A stretch of DNA of 64,000 nucleotides from an uncultured Clostridium sp. (GCA_900543885.1 UQTA01000001.1:86395-150394), one strand, 5' to 3'. Shown: positions 39,550-51,157, counted from the stretch's first letter. The notes: generated by a model not told the origin, from the sequence alone. Program-made: numbers and translations.

Positions 39550-42500
39550 TTATTCGTTCTCACTGTCATCTGTATATGCGTCATACAGATCATCTGTATA
39601 ATCGTCGTTTGTTTCCTTGGAATCAGATTCTACATTCACAAGCTCATTATTCTTGAATTCCTGCTCCTGATATCCGTAATTGGAGTAAGACTCTCTGTCA
39701 TTGTAATGACGGTCGCCTTCCAGCATAGCGCGCAGTTCTGTATCGCCGTAGTCGATGCTCTCTGTCATCTCTACTTCTGTACCATCTTCTCTCTGAACCT
39801 GAACATCCAGACCCAGGGACTGCATTTCTTTCAGAAGTACCTTGAAGGATTCCGGAACGCCTGGCTCAGGGATATTCTCGCCTTTGATGATAGCCTCGTA
39901 TGTCTTAACACGGCCAACTACGTCGTCAGACTTAACAGTCATGATCTCCTGCAGGGTGTAGGAAGCACCATATGCCTCCAGAGCCCAAACCTCCATCTCT
40001 CCGAAACGCTGTCCGCCGAACTGAGCTTTACCACCCAGAGGCTGCTGTGTAACCAGGGAGTAAGGACCGGTAGAACGTGCATGGATCTTATCATCTACCA
40101 GATGATGCAGTTTCAGGTAATGCATGTGTCCGATGGTTACTGCGCCGTCGAAGTATTCGCCGGTACGTCCATCACGAAGACGTACTTTACCATCACGGCT
40201 GATCGGTACGCCTTCCCAGAGCTTTCTGTGCTCTAAGTGGGAACCAAGATAATCCATTACCTCAGGTCTTAAAGTATCTTTATATTTAGCTTCAAACTCT
40301 TCCCATGGAGTATTTACATAGTCGTTTGCAAGTTCCAGAGTATCCTGGATATCATTCTCGTTTGCGCCATCGAAGATAGGAGTAGAAACATTGAATCCAA
40401 GTGCCTTAGCTGCAAGGCTTAAGTGGATCTCCAGCACCTGTCCGATGTTCATACGGGAAGGTACGCCCAGTGGGTTCAGTACGATGTCCAGAGGACGGCC
40501 GTTTGGAAGGAATGGCATATCTTCTACAGGAAGTACACGGGAAACAACACCCTTGTTACCATGACGTCCAGCCATCTTATCACCAACAGAGATCTTACGT
40601 TTCTGGGCAATGTAGATACGAACAGTCTGGTTTACACCCGGTGCAAGTTCATCACCATTTTCTCTTGTGAATACCTTTGCGTCTACGATGATACCGTAAG
40701 CACCATGCGGTACCTTTAAGGAAGTATCACGTACTTCTCTTGCTTTCTCACCGAAGATAGCTCTTAACAGTCTCTCTTCAGCAGTCAGTTCTGTTTCTCC
40801 CTTTGGAGTAACCTTTCCTACCAGGATATCTCCGGCACGGACTTCCGCACCGATACGGATGATACCACGTTCATCCAGATCCTTTAATGCATCTTCACCA
40901 ACACCAGGTACGTCACGGGTGATCTCTTCCGGTCCTAACTTGGTATCACGTGCTTCTGCCTCGTATTCTTCAATATGAACAGATGTATAAACATCATCAC
41001 GTACCAGACGCTCAGAAAGAAGAACCGCATCCTCGTAGTTGTAACCTTCCCAGGTCATGAATCCGATCAGCGGGTTCTTACCAAGGGCGATCTCGCCGTT
41101 GCAGGTGGAAGGACCGTCTGCGATAACCTCACCGGCTTCTACGTGATCATTCTTATAAACAATTGGTTTCTGGTTGTAGCAGTTGCTCTGGTTGCTTCTC
41201 TTAAACTTGGTCAGGTGATATACATCACGGTTTCCATCAGAGTCTCTCTTAATGATGATCTCGTTGGAAGCGGAACGCTCAACAACACCTGCGTTCTTTG
41301 CAACAACACAAACACCGGAGTCAACGGCAGCTTTGCCTTCAATACCGGTACCTACTACAGGAGCCTCTGTACTTAACAGCGGCACAGCCTGACGCTGCAT
41401 GTTGGATCCCATCAGCGCACGGTTCGCATCGTCGTTCTGAAGGAATGGGATCATAGCAGTCGCAACAGAGAATACCATCTTAGGAGAAACGTCCATCAGG
41501 TCGATGGTGCTCTTTCTGAACTCAGAAGTCTCTGTACGGAAACGTCCGGATACATTATTATGAACAAAGTGACCATCTTCATCCAACGGCTCATTCGCCT
41601 GTGCTACGATGAAGTTGTCCTCTTCGTCTGCAGTCAGATATACAACTTCGTCAGTAACCTTTGGATTAGCTGCGTCTGTCTTATCTACCACACGGTAAGG
41701 TGCTTCAATAAAGCCATACTGATTTACTCTTGCATAACTTGCAAGGGAGTTGATCAAACCGATGTTAGGACCTTCAGGGGTCTCGATTGGGCACATACGG
41801 CCATAATGTGTATAGTGTACATCTCGTACCTCGAATCCGGCACGATCTCTTGACAGACCGCCAGGACCTAAGGCAGACAAACGTCTCTTATGTGTCAGTT
41901 CTGACAGCGGGTTGTTCTGATCCATGAACTGGGACAGCTGGGAAGATCCGAAGAATTCCTTTACAGCAGCTGTAACAGGTTTGATGTTGATCAGGGACTG
42001 TGGTGTAATGCCATCTACATCCTGAGTTGTCATACGTTCTCTTACAACACGCTCCATACGGGACAGACCGATACGGTACTGGTTCTGAAGCAGTTCACCT
42101 ACGGCACGGATACGACGGTTGCCTAAGTGGTCGATATCATCAGATGTACCAACCTGCTCTTCCAGATGCATGTTGTAGTTGATGGAAGCTAAGATATCTT
42201 CCTTTGTAATGTGCTTCGGGATCAGATCATGGATATTTCTTCTGATTTCTTCCTTGAGCATCTCTTCGTCGTCACCTGCTTTTTCCAGGATCGGAGCCAG
42301 AGCCGGATAATATACTAATTCAGAAACACCAACCTCTTCCGGATCAAAGGAAACATAAGCGCCAAGTTCAACCATCATATTGGAAAGAACTTTCTGCTTT
42401 CTGTTGATTCCCTCTACCCATACAAAAGGAACAGCAGAGTTCTGAACCTTCATAGCGGATTCTTTATCTAACTTTGTACCAGCTTCTGCAATGATCTCAC

Positions 42501-43410
42501 CAGTTGTGGTATCTACTACATCTTCTGCCAGTACCTGTCCGTTCAGACGGAACTTAAAGGACAGCTTCTTATTGAATTTATAACGTCCGACTTTTGCCAG
42601 GTCATATCTCCTAGGATCGAAGAACATGCTGTTTAACAGACTTTCAGCACTGTCTACAGACAGCGGCTCGCCTGGGCGGATCTTCTTATACAGTTCCAAC
42701 AGACCATCCTGATAATTATCAGATGTATCTTTTCCAAAGCTTGCAAGCAGCTTTGGCTCCTCACCAAACAGATCTAAGATCTCTGCGTTGGTTCCATAGC
42801 CTAAAGCACGGATCAGTACAGTAACCGGTACTTTACGGGTTCTGTCTACACGAACATAAAATACATCGTTGGAATCAGTTTCATATTCCAGCCATGCACC
42901 ACGGTTTGGGATAACCGTACATGTAAACAGCTCTTTACCTACCTTATCATGTCCGATCCCGTAGTAAATACCAGGGGAACGTACAAGCTGGCTGACGATA
43001 ACACGTTCTGCACCGTTAATCACAAATGAACCGGTATCTGTCATCAGAGGCAGATCACCCATAAATATCTCATGTTCATTCATTTCATCTTTGTCTTTAT
43101 TGTACAGTCTGACCTTTACCTTAAGCGGTGCGGCGTAAGTAGCATCCCGTTCTTTACACTCTTCGATGGTATACTTGATATCATCTCTGCATAATGTAAA
43201 GTCAACGAATTCCAGACTTAAATGTCCTGCAAAATCCGCGATAGGAGAGATATCAGCAAACGCTTCCTTCAGTCCTTCATCTAAGAACCACTGGTAGGAG
43301 TCTTTCTGAATCTCGATCAGGTTAGGCATCTGAAGGACTTCCTTCTGCCTTGAATAGCTCATTCTTACGCTTTTCCCGGCCGGTACCGGACGTATTCTGC
43401 TTTTCTCCAT
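39550..43410 (-). CDS. rpoB: DNA-directed RNA polymerase subunit beta with an acidic C-terminal extension
   Basis: [15 protein letters not shown]..., full-length RpoB conservation; 1286 aa. Confidence 0.97.
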   Translation of the reverse strand: MEKSRIRPVPAGKSVRMSYSRQKEVLQMPNLIEIQKDSYQWFLDEGLKEAFADISPIADFAGHLSLEFVDFTLCRDDIKYTIEECKERDATYAAPLKVKVRLYNKDKDEMNEHEIFMGDLPLMTDTGSFVINGAERVIVSQLVRSPGIYYGIGHDKVGKELFTCTVIPNRGAWLEYETDSNDVFYVRVDRTRKVPVTVLIRALGYGTNAEILDLFGEEPKLLASFGKDTSDNYQDGLLELYKKIRPGEPLSVDSAESLLNSMFFDPRRYDLAKVGRYKFNKKLSFKFRLNGQVLAEDVVDTTTGEIIAEAGTKLDKESAMKVQNSAVPFVWVEGINRKQKVLSNMMVELGAYVSFDPEEVGVSELVYYPALAPILEKAGDDEEMLKEEIRRNIHDLIPKHITKEDILASINYNMHLEEQVGTSDDIDHLGNRRIRAVGELLQNQYRIGLSRMERVVRERMTTQDVDGITPQSLINIKPVTAAVKEFFGSSQLSQFMDQNNPLSELTHKRRLSALGPGGLSRDRAGFEVRDVHYTHYGRMCPIETPEGPNIGLINSLASYARVNQYGFIEAPYRVVDKTDAANPKVTDEVVYLTADEEDNFIVAQANEPLDEDGHFVHNNVSGRFRTETSEFRKSTIDLMDVSPKMVFSVATAMIPFLQNDDANRALMGSNMQRQAVPLLSTEAPVVGTGIEGKAAVDSGVCVVAKNAGVVERSASNEIIIKRDSDGNRDVYHLTKFKRSNQSNCYNQKPIVYKNDHVEAGEVIADGPSTCNGEIALGKNPLIGFMTWEGYNYEDAVLLSERLVRDDVYTSVHIEEYEAEARDTKLGPEEITRDVPGVGEDALKDLDERGIIRIGAEVRAGDILVGKVTPKGETELTAEERLLRAIFGEKAREVRDTSLKVPHGAYGIIVDAKVFTRENGDELAPGVNQTVRIYIAQKRKISVGDKMAGRHGNKGVVSRVLPVEDMPFLPNGRPLDIVLNPLGVPSRMNIGQVLEIHLSLAAKALGFNVSTPIFDGANENDIQDTLELANDYVNTPWEEFEAKYKDTLRPEVMDYLGSHLEHRKLWEGVPISRDGKVRLRDGRTGEYFDGAVTIGHMHYLKLHHLVDDKIHARSTGPYSLVTQQPLGGKAQFGGQRFGEMEVWALEAYGASYTLQEIMTVKSDDVVGRVKTYEAIIKGENIPEPGVPESFKVLLKEMQSLGLDVQVQREDGTEVEMTESIDYGDTELRAMLEGDRHYNDRESYSNYGYQEQEFKNNELVNVESDSKETNDDYTDDLYDAYTDDSENE

Positions 43411-43563
43411 TGACGTTTCACCCCTGTTTTCTTATTTGGTTGCAGCGGTTTGAAAGGATTTTTCTTTCTTTTTTCATCCTTTTTTCCGCTGCTGTCGTTC
43501 TCGGTAATCGGGCGTCAGCAAATGGGCGCAATAAGCCCACGACGCCACAATAATGCACTCTCC

Positions 43564-43592
43564 ATAATAACATACATTTGTCAAGGTGTCAA
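43564..43592 (-). promoter_or_regulatory. Candidate sigma-A promoter (TTGACA-17-TATTAT) for rpoB-rpoC
   Basis: The minus strand reads cttgacaccttgacaaatgtatgttattatgg. Confidence 0.4.
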
Positions 43593-43700
43593 GAATTTTT
43601 CTTGCTTTTTTTTATTATAAATGATATACTATATTAGAATGTCTTGGGGCATGTCCAATCAAGCCCACGGGAACTATACTACAGTTCGGAGGTATACCTT

Positions 43701-44150
43701 ATGTTAAATACCGTTTTAAACATACTGCTGGTGATCCTCATCATTGCAGCTATCATCCTGGCTATCCTGTATTTCCTTGGAAATAAACTTCAGAAACGCC
43801 AGTTAGAACAGCAGCAGATGTTAGATGCCACCGCTCAGACCGTGTCTCTTCTGGTTATTGATAAGAAGAAACTGAAGCTGACTCAGGCAGGTCTTCCAAA
43901 AATGGTAGTTGACCAGACTCCAAAGTACATGCGCTGGACCAAGGTTCCGGTTGTAAAAGCAAAGATCGGACCAAAGATCGTTACTCTGATCGCTGATGCA
44001 AGAGTGTTTGAATGCCTTCCTGTTAAAACAGAAGCCAAGGTTGTTTTAAGCGGTATCTACATCACTCAGATCAAGAGTGTGCGCGGAGGTGCTATTCCAA
44101 CTCCTCCAAAGAAAAAGGGATTTTTTGCAAGATTCCGTAAAGATGCATAA
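43701..44150 (+). CDS. Hypothetical membrane-anchored protein (single N-terminal TM)
   Basis: RBS ggagg, then MLNTVLNILLVILIIAAIILAILYF; 149 aa; no recognisable family. Confidence 0.5.
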   Translation: MLNTVLNILLVILIIAAIILAILYFLGNKLQKRQLEQQQMLDATAQTVSLLVIDKKKLKLTQAGLPKMVVDQTPKYMRWTKVPVVKAKIGPKIVTLIADARVFECLPVKTEAKVVLSGIYITQIKSVRGGAIPTPPKKKGFFARFRKDA

Positions 44151-44160
44151 GATGGGGCGT

Positions 44161-44196
44161 AAAAAGCCAGACCTGATCGAGGGTCTGGCTTTTTTA
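44161..44196. terminator. Bidirectional terminator between convergent genes
   Basis: aaaaagccagacctgatcgagggtctggctttttt. Confidence 0.55.
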
Positions 44197-44197
44197 T

Positions 44198-44620
44198 TTA
44201 TTGACAGGACTGCACATCCACCAGGATGCGGCAGTCTGACATATGCTCATAATTAATATCCAGGGCATAATCCACATTCACTTTCAGGCTGTCCGGCTGC
44301 TCATCCACAGCAAAATGATTTGCCTGTATTCCCACTACCATTTCACCAAAAGGTGTACTGTAACAGGATACATTTTTCCGGTTCTTTTCAAACAGCATGT
44401 GGGTAATGGCTGTCCCCTTTTTGGTAATATCCATTGAGGTAGGCGTGATCTTGATGATATTTTTTACCGGTTCTTTAAAACCTTCCAGGAGTTCTTCATA
44501 GAGAATATAGTGTTTCCCGTTTTTCTGGTAATAATCTCCCCGGACGATCATCTCCACATCATTGTCCTCTTCGTCCATAGTATGGACACCGCGGATGGTG
44601 ATCAGTACATCTTTTGTCAT
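44198..44620 (-). CDS. DUF1934-family protein (YwiB-like beta-barrel)
   Basis: About 140 aa from MTKDVLITIRGVHTM...; the family is commonly encoded near ddl/argS in Firmicutes. Confidence 0.55.
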   Translation of the reverse strand: MTKDVLITIRGVHTMDEEDNDVEMIVRGDYYQKNGKHYILYEELLEGFKEPVKNIIKITPTSMDITKKGTAITHMLFEKNRKNVSCYSTPFGEMVVGIQANHFAVDEQPDSLKVNVDYALDINYEHMSDCRILVDVQSCQ

Positions 44621-44823
44621 GTTATTCCTCTTTTCTTTAAACATATTCTCTCGGAATCTTTTTGTGCCTGATTTTGCAAGATGATTTTTTGTCAGTTGTG
44701 CCCAAATTTCTGAGGCGTACGCGGTGCGTACATTGATGAAATTCGGGTGCGGCTGGCGGAAAATCAGCTGCAAAAGCAGGTGCAGGAAAGACTTCGAGAG
44801 AACATAAACCTATCCTGCTCTGA

Positions 44824-45882
44824 TCAGAAACGCTCCAGAGCATGGCTCATCAGTTTATCCACCAGTTCTTCTTTATTAATGCCTCTTGCTTCCCAGAGCA
44901 TCGGATACATACTGATGGCAGTAAATCCAGGCATTGTATTGATCTCATTAAATACTACTTCTCCATTTTCCTTTACAAAAAAGTCTACACGGGAAAGTCC
45001 GTATCCGTCTACTGCCTTGAAAATAGCCACTGCTGCTTTTCTTACTTCTTCTGTTGCATTGCCTGGAAGTACCGGGTCAGTTACAGTCTTGGACTCTGCA
45101 TTGTAATACTTTGCATCGAAATCATAAAAATCTGCTGCTGCCAGGATCTCTCCTACGCCAGAAGCCACTACTTCTTCTTTTCCGCCGCCAAATACAGCAC
45201 ATTCGATCTCACGGCCGATAATGGTTTCTTCTACCAGGATCTTTCTGTCATGCTTTGCAGCCTCTTTTAAACCTGCTTCCAGTTCTGCTCTGTTTTCTGC
45301 CTTGCTGACGCCTTTGGAAGAACCTGCATTGGAAGGTTTGATAAATACCGGATATGCAAAATGATTTTCAATGCGTGCTGCTACAGCATCCATATCTGCC
45401 AGCTGCTCGCTCATAACAGGCTCATAATCAGCCTGGCGGATACCCAGATTATTTACAATGATCTTTGTATACAATTTATCCATACCAACTGCGGATGCTA
45501 ATACACCGCAGCCTACATATGGGATCTTTGCCAGTTCCAGAAGGCCCTGAATGGTTCCGTCTTCGCCGTGAAGTCCATGAAGAACCGGGAAAACAAGATC
45601 AAGTTTTACTTCTGTTACTTTATCTCCGTCCATAAGAAACGCACATTTTTTCGTTGCATCCGGAAGGATCACTGCTGATACATTGCCCTTTCTCCATTCA
45701 CCGCTTCTGATGTCTTCTACAGAATCTGTCTTGATCCAGTGTCCGTCTAATGTAATACCAATAAGAAGCAGATCATATTTTTCTTTGTTGATGCGGTCGA
45801 TCACATTTGCTGCAGACATGCAGGAAACTTCATGTTCTGATGACTGTCCGCCAAAAATGACTGCTGCTGTTTTTCTTTCCAT
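44824..45882 (-). CDS. ddl: D-alanine--D-alanine ligase
   Basis: ATP-grasp; MERKTAAVIFGGQSSEHEVS...; 353 aa. Confidence 0.9.
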   Translation of the reverse strand: MERKTAAVIFGGQSSEHEVSCMSAANVIDRINKEKYDLLLIGITLDGHWIKTDSVEDIRSGEWRKGNVSAVILPDATKKCAFLMDGDKVTEVKLDLVFPVLHGLHGEDGTIQGLLELAKIPYVGCGVLASAVGMDKLYTKIIVNNLGIRQADYEPVMSEQLADMDAVAARIENHFAYPVFIKPSNAGSSKGVSKAENRAELEAGLKEAAKHDRKILVEETIIGREIECAVFGGGKEEVVASGVGEILAAADFYDFDAKYYNAESKTVTDPVLPGNATEEVRKAAVAIFKAVDGYGLSRVDFFVKENGEVVFNEINTMPGFTAISMYPMLWEARGINKEELVDKLMSHALERF

Positions 45883-45996
45883 TTTTATATCTCCCTTATA
45901 CCATTTCTTTTTCAGAAATCTTTCTTTTCTCAAATTTTACCGTTTACAGTATAGCATATGTGGCAATAAATACAAATAGAAAGTTGAAAGGAAGTT

Positions 45997-46623
45997 ATGC
46001 TTATGAAACCTGTATCTTACTGCCGTAAATGGCTTTTTTGTTCACTTGCCTGCTTTTTTACCGCTTTTCTCATTGCAGTCTCTGCCAATACCTGTAAACA
46101 GGAGGCCGACGCCAGCCGTATTTCCCCATATGTACTGCGCTTTCATATTTTAGCTGAAAGCAACTCAAAAACAGACCAGGAACTGAAATTAAAAGTGCGG
46201 GATCAGGTTCTCTCCTATATCCGCGAAAATGCTCCTGACGATCCTTCTAAAACAAAACTGGCTTCCTGGCTCCTTTCCCACAAAAATGAGGTCATTCTTG
46301 AGGCAAAGCAGGTACTGGCACATTCCGGCTGTGAAGCAGATGTAAACCTTAGTCTGAGCCATGACCATTTTCCCGCAAAAATATATGGAAATGCCTTCTT
46401 TCCCTGCGGTTATTATGACGCAGCCCGCATTACCATAGGTAAAGGAAAAGGACGCAACTGGTGGTGCGTCCTCTATCCCGGTCTCTGTTTTACAGATCCG
46501 GATCCTGCTATAAAAGAAACATCCTCTGATGGATATTCCCTTGTCTTTGAAACTGCGCCAAGACCGGAACTGCATCTTGGACTTTTAGATGCTGCAAAAC
46601 AGCTTTTCAAGCAGAAGGTTTAG
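45997..46623 (+). CDS. spoIIR: Stage II sporulation protein R
   Basis: Signal/TM N-terminus, VLRFHILAESNS...GRNWWCVLYPGLCF motif. Confidence 0.8.
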   Translation: MLMKPVSYCRKWLFCSLACFFTAFLIAVSANTCKQEADASRISPYVLRFHILAESNSKTDQELKLKVRDQVLSYIRENAPDDPSKTKLASWLLSHKNEVILEAKQVLAHSGCEADVNLSLSHDHFPAKIYGNAFFPCGYYDAARITIGKGKGRNWWCVLYPGLCFTDPDPAIKETSSDGYSLVFETAPRPELHLGLLDAAKQLFKQKV

Positions 46624-46823
46624 GCTTTCTGCTTGTCTAACATCTCCATAAGAGCCTCGTCGCTTTCGTCGATCCAGACATCTTCTTCATCTGCATTTAA
46701 TCCCAGATAAACAGCCAGTGTGCGCTCATCATCACTGTTGTTCCAGCGGCTGATATAACGGTCGATCTCTTCAAATTCGATCTCACCTGCAAGATAACGT
46801 TCTTTGAAAGTCTTTTCTTCCAT
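46620..46823 (-). CDS. Small acidic hypothetical protein (67 aa)
   Basis: RBS aaggag then MEEKTFKERY...; no recognisable family. Confidence 0.4.
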   Translation of the reverse strand: MEEKTFKERYLAGEIEFEEIDRYISRWNNSDDERTLAVYLGLNADEEDVWIDESDEALMEMLDKQKA

Positions 46824-46860
46824 CTTATCTTCTCCTTTTTTCCAAGAGTACATTTCCCCT

Positions 46861-47568
46861 TTATCTTCTTCCACGGCCCCGCACAGGCATCACATCTTCC
46901 TGCTCTTTGATGTTCTTAGAAACCGTGATCTCCTGATTATCAATATGTTCTCTGGCCGCATTCTTTGCCTCTGCAATATTGCGGGCCTTAATAGCCGTTA
47001 AAATGTGTTCATGCTCTACAACTAAGATCTGACGCTTGTCCTCATCTTTGATGTATTCCAGGCGATAACGATACATCTGCTCTCTTAAATTATTTAAGAT
47101 CTGCACCAGTTTATCATTTCCTGTTCCCAGATAGATCACATCATGGAATGCTTCATCAGTCTCGGCAATGTTCATGGCATTCCCCTTATGAATGGCATTC
47201 TTAAAGTCATTCTGGCGTTCGCCTAACTGTTTGATCTCTTCATCTGTCATTCTCTGGCATGCCAGCTCGATGGCCAGTTCTTCCAGGGACCGACGTACTT
47301 CCAGAACATCACGAAGGCTTTTTTCAGAGATCTTGGCAACTTCGGCGCCTTTTCGAGGGATCATAAGAACCAGGCCTTCCAGTTCCAGCTTACGGATCGC
47401 TTCACGGATCGGTGTGCGGCTTACACCTAATTTTTCTGCCAGCTGGATTTCCATCAGTCTTTCTCCCGGAGCCAGTTCTCCCTTTAAAATAGCCTGACGC
47501 AATGTGTTAAATACAACATCACGAAGAGGCAAGTATTCGTTCATATTGACTTTAAAATTATTTTCCAT
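46861..47568 (-). CDS. GntR family transcriptional regulator (FCD domain)
   Basis: wHTH LAEKLGVSRTPIREAIRKLELEGLV. Confidence 0.8.
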   Translation of the reverse strand: MENNFKVNMNEYLPLRDVVFNTLRQAILKGELAPGERLMEIQLAEKLGVSRTPIREAIRKLELEGLVLMIPRKGAEVAKISEKSLRDVLEVRRSLEELAIELACQRMTDEEIKQLGERQNDFKNAIHKGNAMNIAETDEAFHDVIYLGTGNDKLVQILNNLREQMYRYRLEYIKDEDKRQILVVEHEHILTAIKARNIAEAKNAAREHIDNQEITVSKNIKEQEDVMPVRGRGRR

Positions 47569-47607
47569 CTTAAGACCATTCCTTTCTGTATTTTATCTGT
47601 ATTTTAT

Positions 47608-48522
47608 TTATGTCTCATCCGCATTTTGCCGGGTACGTTTCACATTAAAAAAATTCGTAAGATATACCTGTTTTGCCAGTTTGGAAGCGTCACCATAACG
47701 AAGCTTTTCATAGGCATTCTGAGCTGCCTGAGGATTGGTAAACAGCCCAAATACCGTAGGACCGCTTCCGCTCATCATAGCGTTAACAGCGCCTTCTTCT
47801 TTCATCACCTGCTCAATCTCACCAATCACAGGATACTTTCCTGCTGTAACAAGTTCCAGTACATTTCCAAATTTTCCGGCTATTTCATGGATATTTTTCC
47901 GGTCAATGGCAGCTAACATACCATCTATATCCGGGTGATCTTCTGGTTTTAATTCCATCGCATCCAGGCTTTCGTATACTACTTTCGTAGAAACACTGAT
48001 CCCAGGCTTGGCGATCAGCACCTGACACTGAGGGATCTGGGGAAGAGGCGTTAATTCTTCACCGATTCCTTCGGAAAGGGCAGTTCCACGCATCAGGCAG
48101 TAGGGAATGTCTGCCCCCAGCTTTACCCCCCGCTCCATCAGTTCTTTTGTACTCAGGCCCAGGCCAAACATTTTATTGACTCCAAAAAGGACGGCTGCTG
48201 CATCAGTACTTCCCCCCGCCATTCCTGCTGATACGGGAATGAACTTTTTAAGCTGTATGGAAACACCTTCTTTAACTGAGAACTCTTCCATTAAAAGAGC
48301 TGCCGCCCGGTAAGCCAGATTCTGTTCATTATTTGGAAGATAGAACAGATTGGTCTCTAAGCGGATCCCAGGCTCTTTTGTCCTGTAAAGTTCAATACGG
48401 TCATGAAGTCCTACGGTCTGCATGATCATGCGCACATCATGATACCCGTTATCTCTTCTTCCCAGTACATCCAACGCCAGATTTATCTTTCCATATGCTT
48501 TAAGGCGTAAATGTGTGATCAT
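47608..48522 (-). CDS. ispE: 4-(cytidine 5'-diphospho)-2-C-methyl-D-erythritol kinase
   Basis: GHMP kinase motifs (KINLALDV, PVSAGMAGGSTDAAA). Confidence 0.9.
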   Translation of the reverse strand: MITHLRLKAYGKINLALDVLGRRDNGYHDVRMIMQTVGLHDRIELYRTKEPGIRLETNLFYLPNNEQNLAYRAAALLMEEFSVKEGVSIQLKKFIPVSAGMAGGSTDAAAVLFGVNKMFGLGLSTKELMERGVKLGADIPYCLMRGTALSEGIGEELTPLPQIPQCQVLIAKPGISVSTKVVYESLDAMELKPEDHPDIDGMLAAIDRKNIHEIAGKFGNVLELVTAGKYPVIGEIEQVMKEEGAVNAMMSGSGPTVFGLFTNPQAAQNAYEKLRYGDASKLAKQVYLTNFFNVKRTRQNADET

Positions 48523-48667
48523 AGCTGCTGTCCCCTTTTTCTCGATTCATTGATACTGCCGGACTGCCTGGCAATCCGTAAAACATTTGTAATACATAAT
48601 ATTGTATACAATAATTTTACATGATTTTCAAGAGTGAAAACATTAAAAAAGTATTAAAAAACATTAA

Positions 48668-48700
48668 GAGGGCCCACCGGCCCTCTTATATATGATCGTG
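48668..48700 (-). terminator. Rho-independent terminator downstream of the DUF624 gene
   Basis: The minus strand reads taagagggccggtgggccctctta then a T-rich run. Confidence 0.5.
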
Positions 48701-48711
48701 TTCTATTATTA

Positions 48712-49464
48712 TTACTTGCTTTTTAAGCTCTGGATGGCATCCTCAATCTCTTTGTTGTTTTCATCTAATAAAGGTGAAAGACCGCTGGTATGATCTGTTT
48801 CCTCTTCTTTTGGAATATAATTTTTGAAAATAGCTGTAAGGAAGTAGGAATTTACAAATGCGATCAGTGGAAATCCAAAAAGCAGCAACAGCATGGCAGC
48901 CTGAGGCACCATAAACAGTGCAAAATAGACGCCCACCAACAGCATTCCATCTACTGCCAGCATGGCAATGGTCTGAATCAGGTGACGCACAGACATAAAA
49001 ATCGCATTCATCAGCGTGCGTCTGATGGTATTATAAAATCTTGCCTGAAGAGGGAATACATAGGTGACAATAAATAGCAGGATCAACGTCATACCGCCTA
49101 AGATCGCTGTAAGTACTGTCTTTACAGCAGATGGAAAAGTCATGGCAATACCTGCTGCAGCTGCTCCCCCTAAAATAAACCAAAGATCAAAAGCAACCAG
49201 CGCTCCTGCCACAAGGAGTAAAAGCCAGATGGCTGTAGCCTGCTTGAAGTTCTGGAAAAAAGAGCGGAAAAAGGATCGGATCGTGGAATCATCTTCATCC
49301 CGCACCAGTTTTAAAGTAACATAATATACGGCTGTGGTTGCTGCTCCTGCAGTAAATACCGGAATACAGCAGATCAGCCACAAAAGATTCAAAAGTATCA
49401 GGTCTCCCAGCTTTCCTATAAAGCGCCAGACCGGATTATCATAATTAAAAAGTCCCTGTAACAT
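48712..49464 (-). CDS. DUF624 (YesL-like) membrane protein
   Basis: MLQGLFNYDNPVWRFIGKLGDLILLNLLWLICCIPVFT...; the N-terminus is typical of YesL-family proteins. Confidence 0.7.
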   Translation of the reverse strand: MLQGLFNYDNPVWRFIGKLGDLILLNLLWLICCIPVFTAGAATTAVYYVTLKLVRDEDDSTIRSFFRSFFQNFKQATAIWLLLLVAGALVAFDLWFILGGAAAAGIAMTFPSAVKTVLTAILGGMTLILLFIVTYVFPLQARFYNTIRRTLMNAIFMSVRHLIQTIAMLAVDGMLLVGVYFALFMVPQAAMLLLLFGFPLIAFVNSYFLTAIFKNYIPKEEETDHTSGLSPLLDENNKEIEDAIQSLKSK

Positions 49465-49710
49465 ATTTTATCCTCATCTTTCCTGAACTGTATATTATAT
49501 CTTACCACATTTAGCCTGATCAAGGAAGTCCCTTATTCCAATTGCCCATATCCTTTTACTGCAAAATCTGACCTGGCAAAGCAGAAAAACTGCCCCTAAA
49601 ACTGAACTTGAAAAAAAATGAAGAGTTGCAGGTGTCTGGTTTTTCAGTTATACTATAACGTAATCGGCACACAGAAAGCAGGTGCCTTTCTGAAAGGAAC
49701 TGAACACATT

Positions 49711-50394
49711 ATGGAACTGAAAAGAAGCTTGAAAAGTGAACTTGAAAAATTAAAAAAGATGTCCGCCAAAGATAAGATCTGGTATATTTTTGAATATTAT
49801 AAATTTCATATGATCGCAATTTTATTTGTTTTTGTTCTGTTATGGGTAGTAGGCAGCAGTATCTACCGCCAAACTTTTACCACCCGTCTTACATTGGCTG
49901 TTGTTAATGACTATTCCGGCAGTAATTCTTCTATGGACCCATTAGAAAGCAATCTGAAAGAAGCCCTTGGCTGCGGAAAAAAGGACCTGATCGAGATCAA
50001 TTCCGGTCTATTCGTCAATACAGATGAAACTCAGTCTTCCGAATATTCCTATGCCAGTATGGCAAAGATCGCAGCTCTGTCAGCAGGTGGTAACCTGGAT
50101 ATCATGATTGCAGATCCAGAAACCTTAAAACACTATGAATCTCAGGGGGCATTTCTCAATCTGAGTGATTTTTTACCGGAAGATCTGAAGGAACGTGCCG
50201 AAAAAGAAGGCCTTTTCCTCTATACTGACAATAAAAACGGACAGTCTGAAGCTGCGGCCATTTCACTGGATTCAACTGATTTTGCTGATATGACCGGTGC
50301 CACGATCCAGTCTCCTTATCTGGCTGTTATCGCATCCTCTCAGCATACAGAAGATACACTCCGGGCCATTTGCTGGCTGTTTGGTCAGAAATAA
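49711..50394 (+). CDS. Hypothetical membrane-anchored protein
   Basis: MELKRS...single TM (MIAILFVFVLLWVVGSSI); the 3' end overlaps the convergent GNAT gene. Confidence 0.45.
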   Translation: MELKRSLKSELEKLKKMSAKDKIWYIFEYYKFHMIAILFVFVLLWVVGSSIYRQTFTTRLTLAVVNDYSGSNSSMDPLESNLKEALGCGKKDLIEINSGLFVNTDETQSSEYSYASMAKIAALSAGGNLDIMIADPETLKHYESQGAFLNLSDFLPEDLKERAEKEGLFLYTDNKNGQSEAAAISLDSTDFADMTGATIQSPYLAVIASSQHTEDTLRAICWLFGQK

Positions 50395-51157
50395 CTTTTA
50401 CAACATCCATTCCAAGGCTTTCTGCCAGTGCGCAGGAGGCCTTGTTTGTTTCCTCGATCCATGCACAGAGTCTGGCTGACAATACTTCATGGGAATAGGA
50501 AAGAATGGCACTTACTGCTTCTTTCGCATAACCGTTTTTCCTGAAAGGCTTAAAAATATGGTACCCCAGTTCCAGCCAGTATAAATCATCTGGAAGTGCC
50601 GACAGCGCCTGTAGTGCCGCTTCTGGAAGATCCGGATTGCTGACACCTGCTATACCGATCAGCTTATCCTGCATTTCTGCTGCCACTGCAGCGTTTTGTC
50701 CGGCTTTATTTTGAACCGGCGCTTTTTTTTCTCTTTTCTTCAGCACAGCCCAGGTTCCATATTCATAAAATCCATACTGGTTCTTTATATACACTTCCAG
50801 CTTGGCCGGATCTCTGAATATCTCTTCTTCCTTCCCATACTCTTCTTCCGGTATACTTTCTGCATCTTCTTTTACCAGTTCCCGGATGCGCAGCTGATCT
50901 GTTTCATCAATCAGCCACGGAAGCCCCAGATGGCGGCGCAGGATCAACTCCACAAGTTCCTCTGTTGCATACTCCATAGAAGGGATCACATAAGGTATTC
51001 CCTTAAATTCTGTTTTCCCATCATTTTGTGCTCCTGCATCCAGACAACCTAAAACAGCCCTTCCAGAAGCTTTCGCCTCCAAAAGGGCCTGCAATTCATC
51101 GGATATAAGAAGCGTATGTTTTTTTCCTTCTATAAAAAGAGTCCGCTCCTGTTTCAT
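50327..51157 (-). CDS. Two-domain protein with a C-terminal GNAT N-acetyltransferase fold
   Basis: C-terminal part (IGIAGVSNP...YHIFKPFRKNGYAKEAVSAIL) resembles the GNAT acetyl-CoA-binding region. Confidence 0.55.
   Translation of the reverse strand: MKQERTLFIEGKKHTLLISDELQALLEAKASGRAVLGCLDAGAQNDGKTEFKGIPYVIPSMEYATEELVELILRRHLGLPWLIDETDQLRIRELVKEDAESIPEEEYGKEEEIFRDPAKLEVYIKNQYGFYEYGTWAVLKKREKKAPVQNKAGQNAAVAAEMQDKLIGIAGVSNPDLPEAALQALSALPDDLYWLELGYHIFKPFRKNGYAKEAVSAILSYSHEVLSARLCAWIEETNKASCALAESLGMDVVKVISDQTASKWPGVYLLYAERMR

Noticed and set aside
39531-39593. N-terminal extension [21 protein letters not shown] on rpoC
   Set aside because: The extension overlaps the rpoB stop and has no RBS. 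MPETT is preceded by the RBS gaagggag and matches conserved RpoC N-termini.
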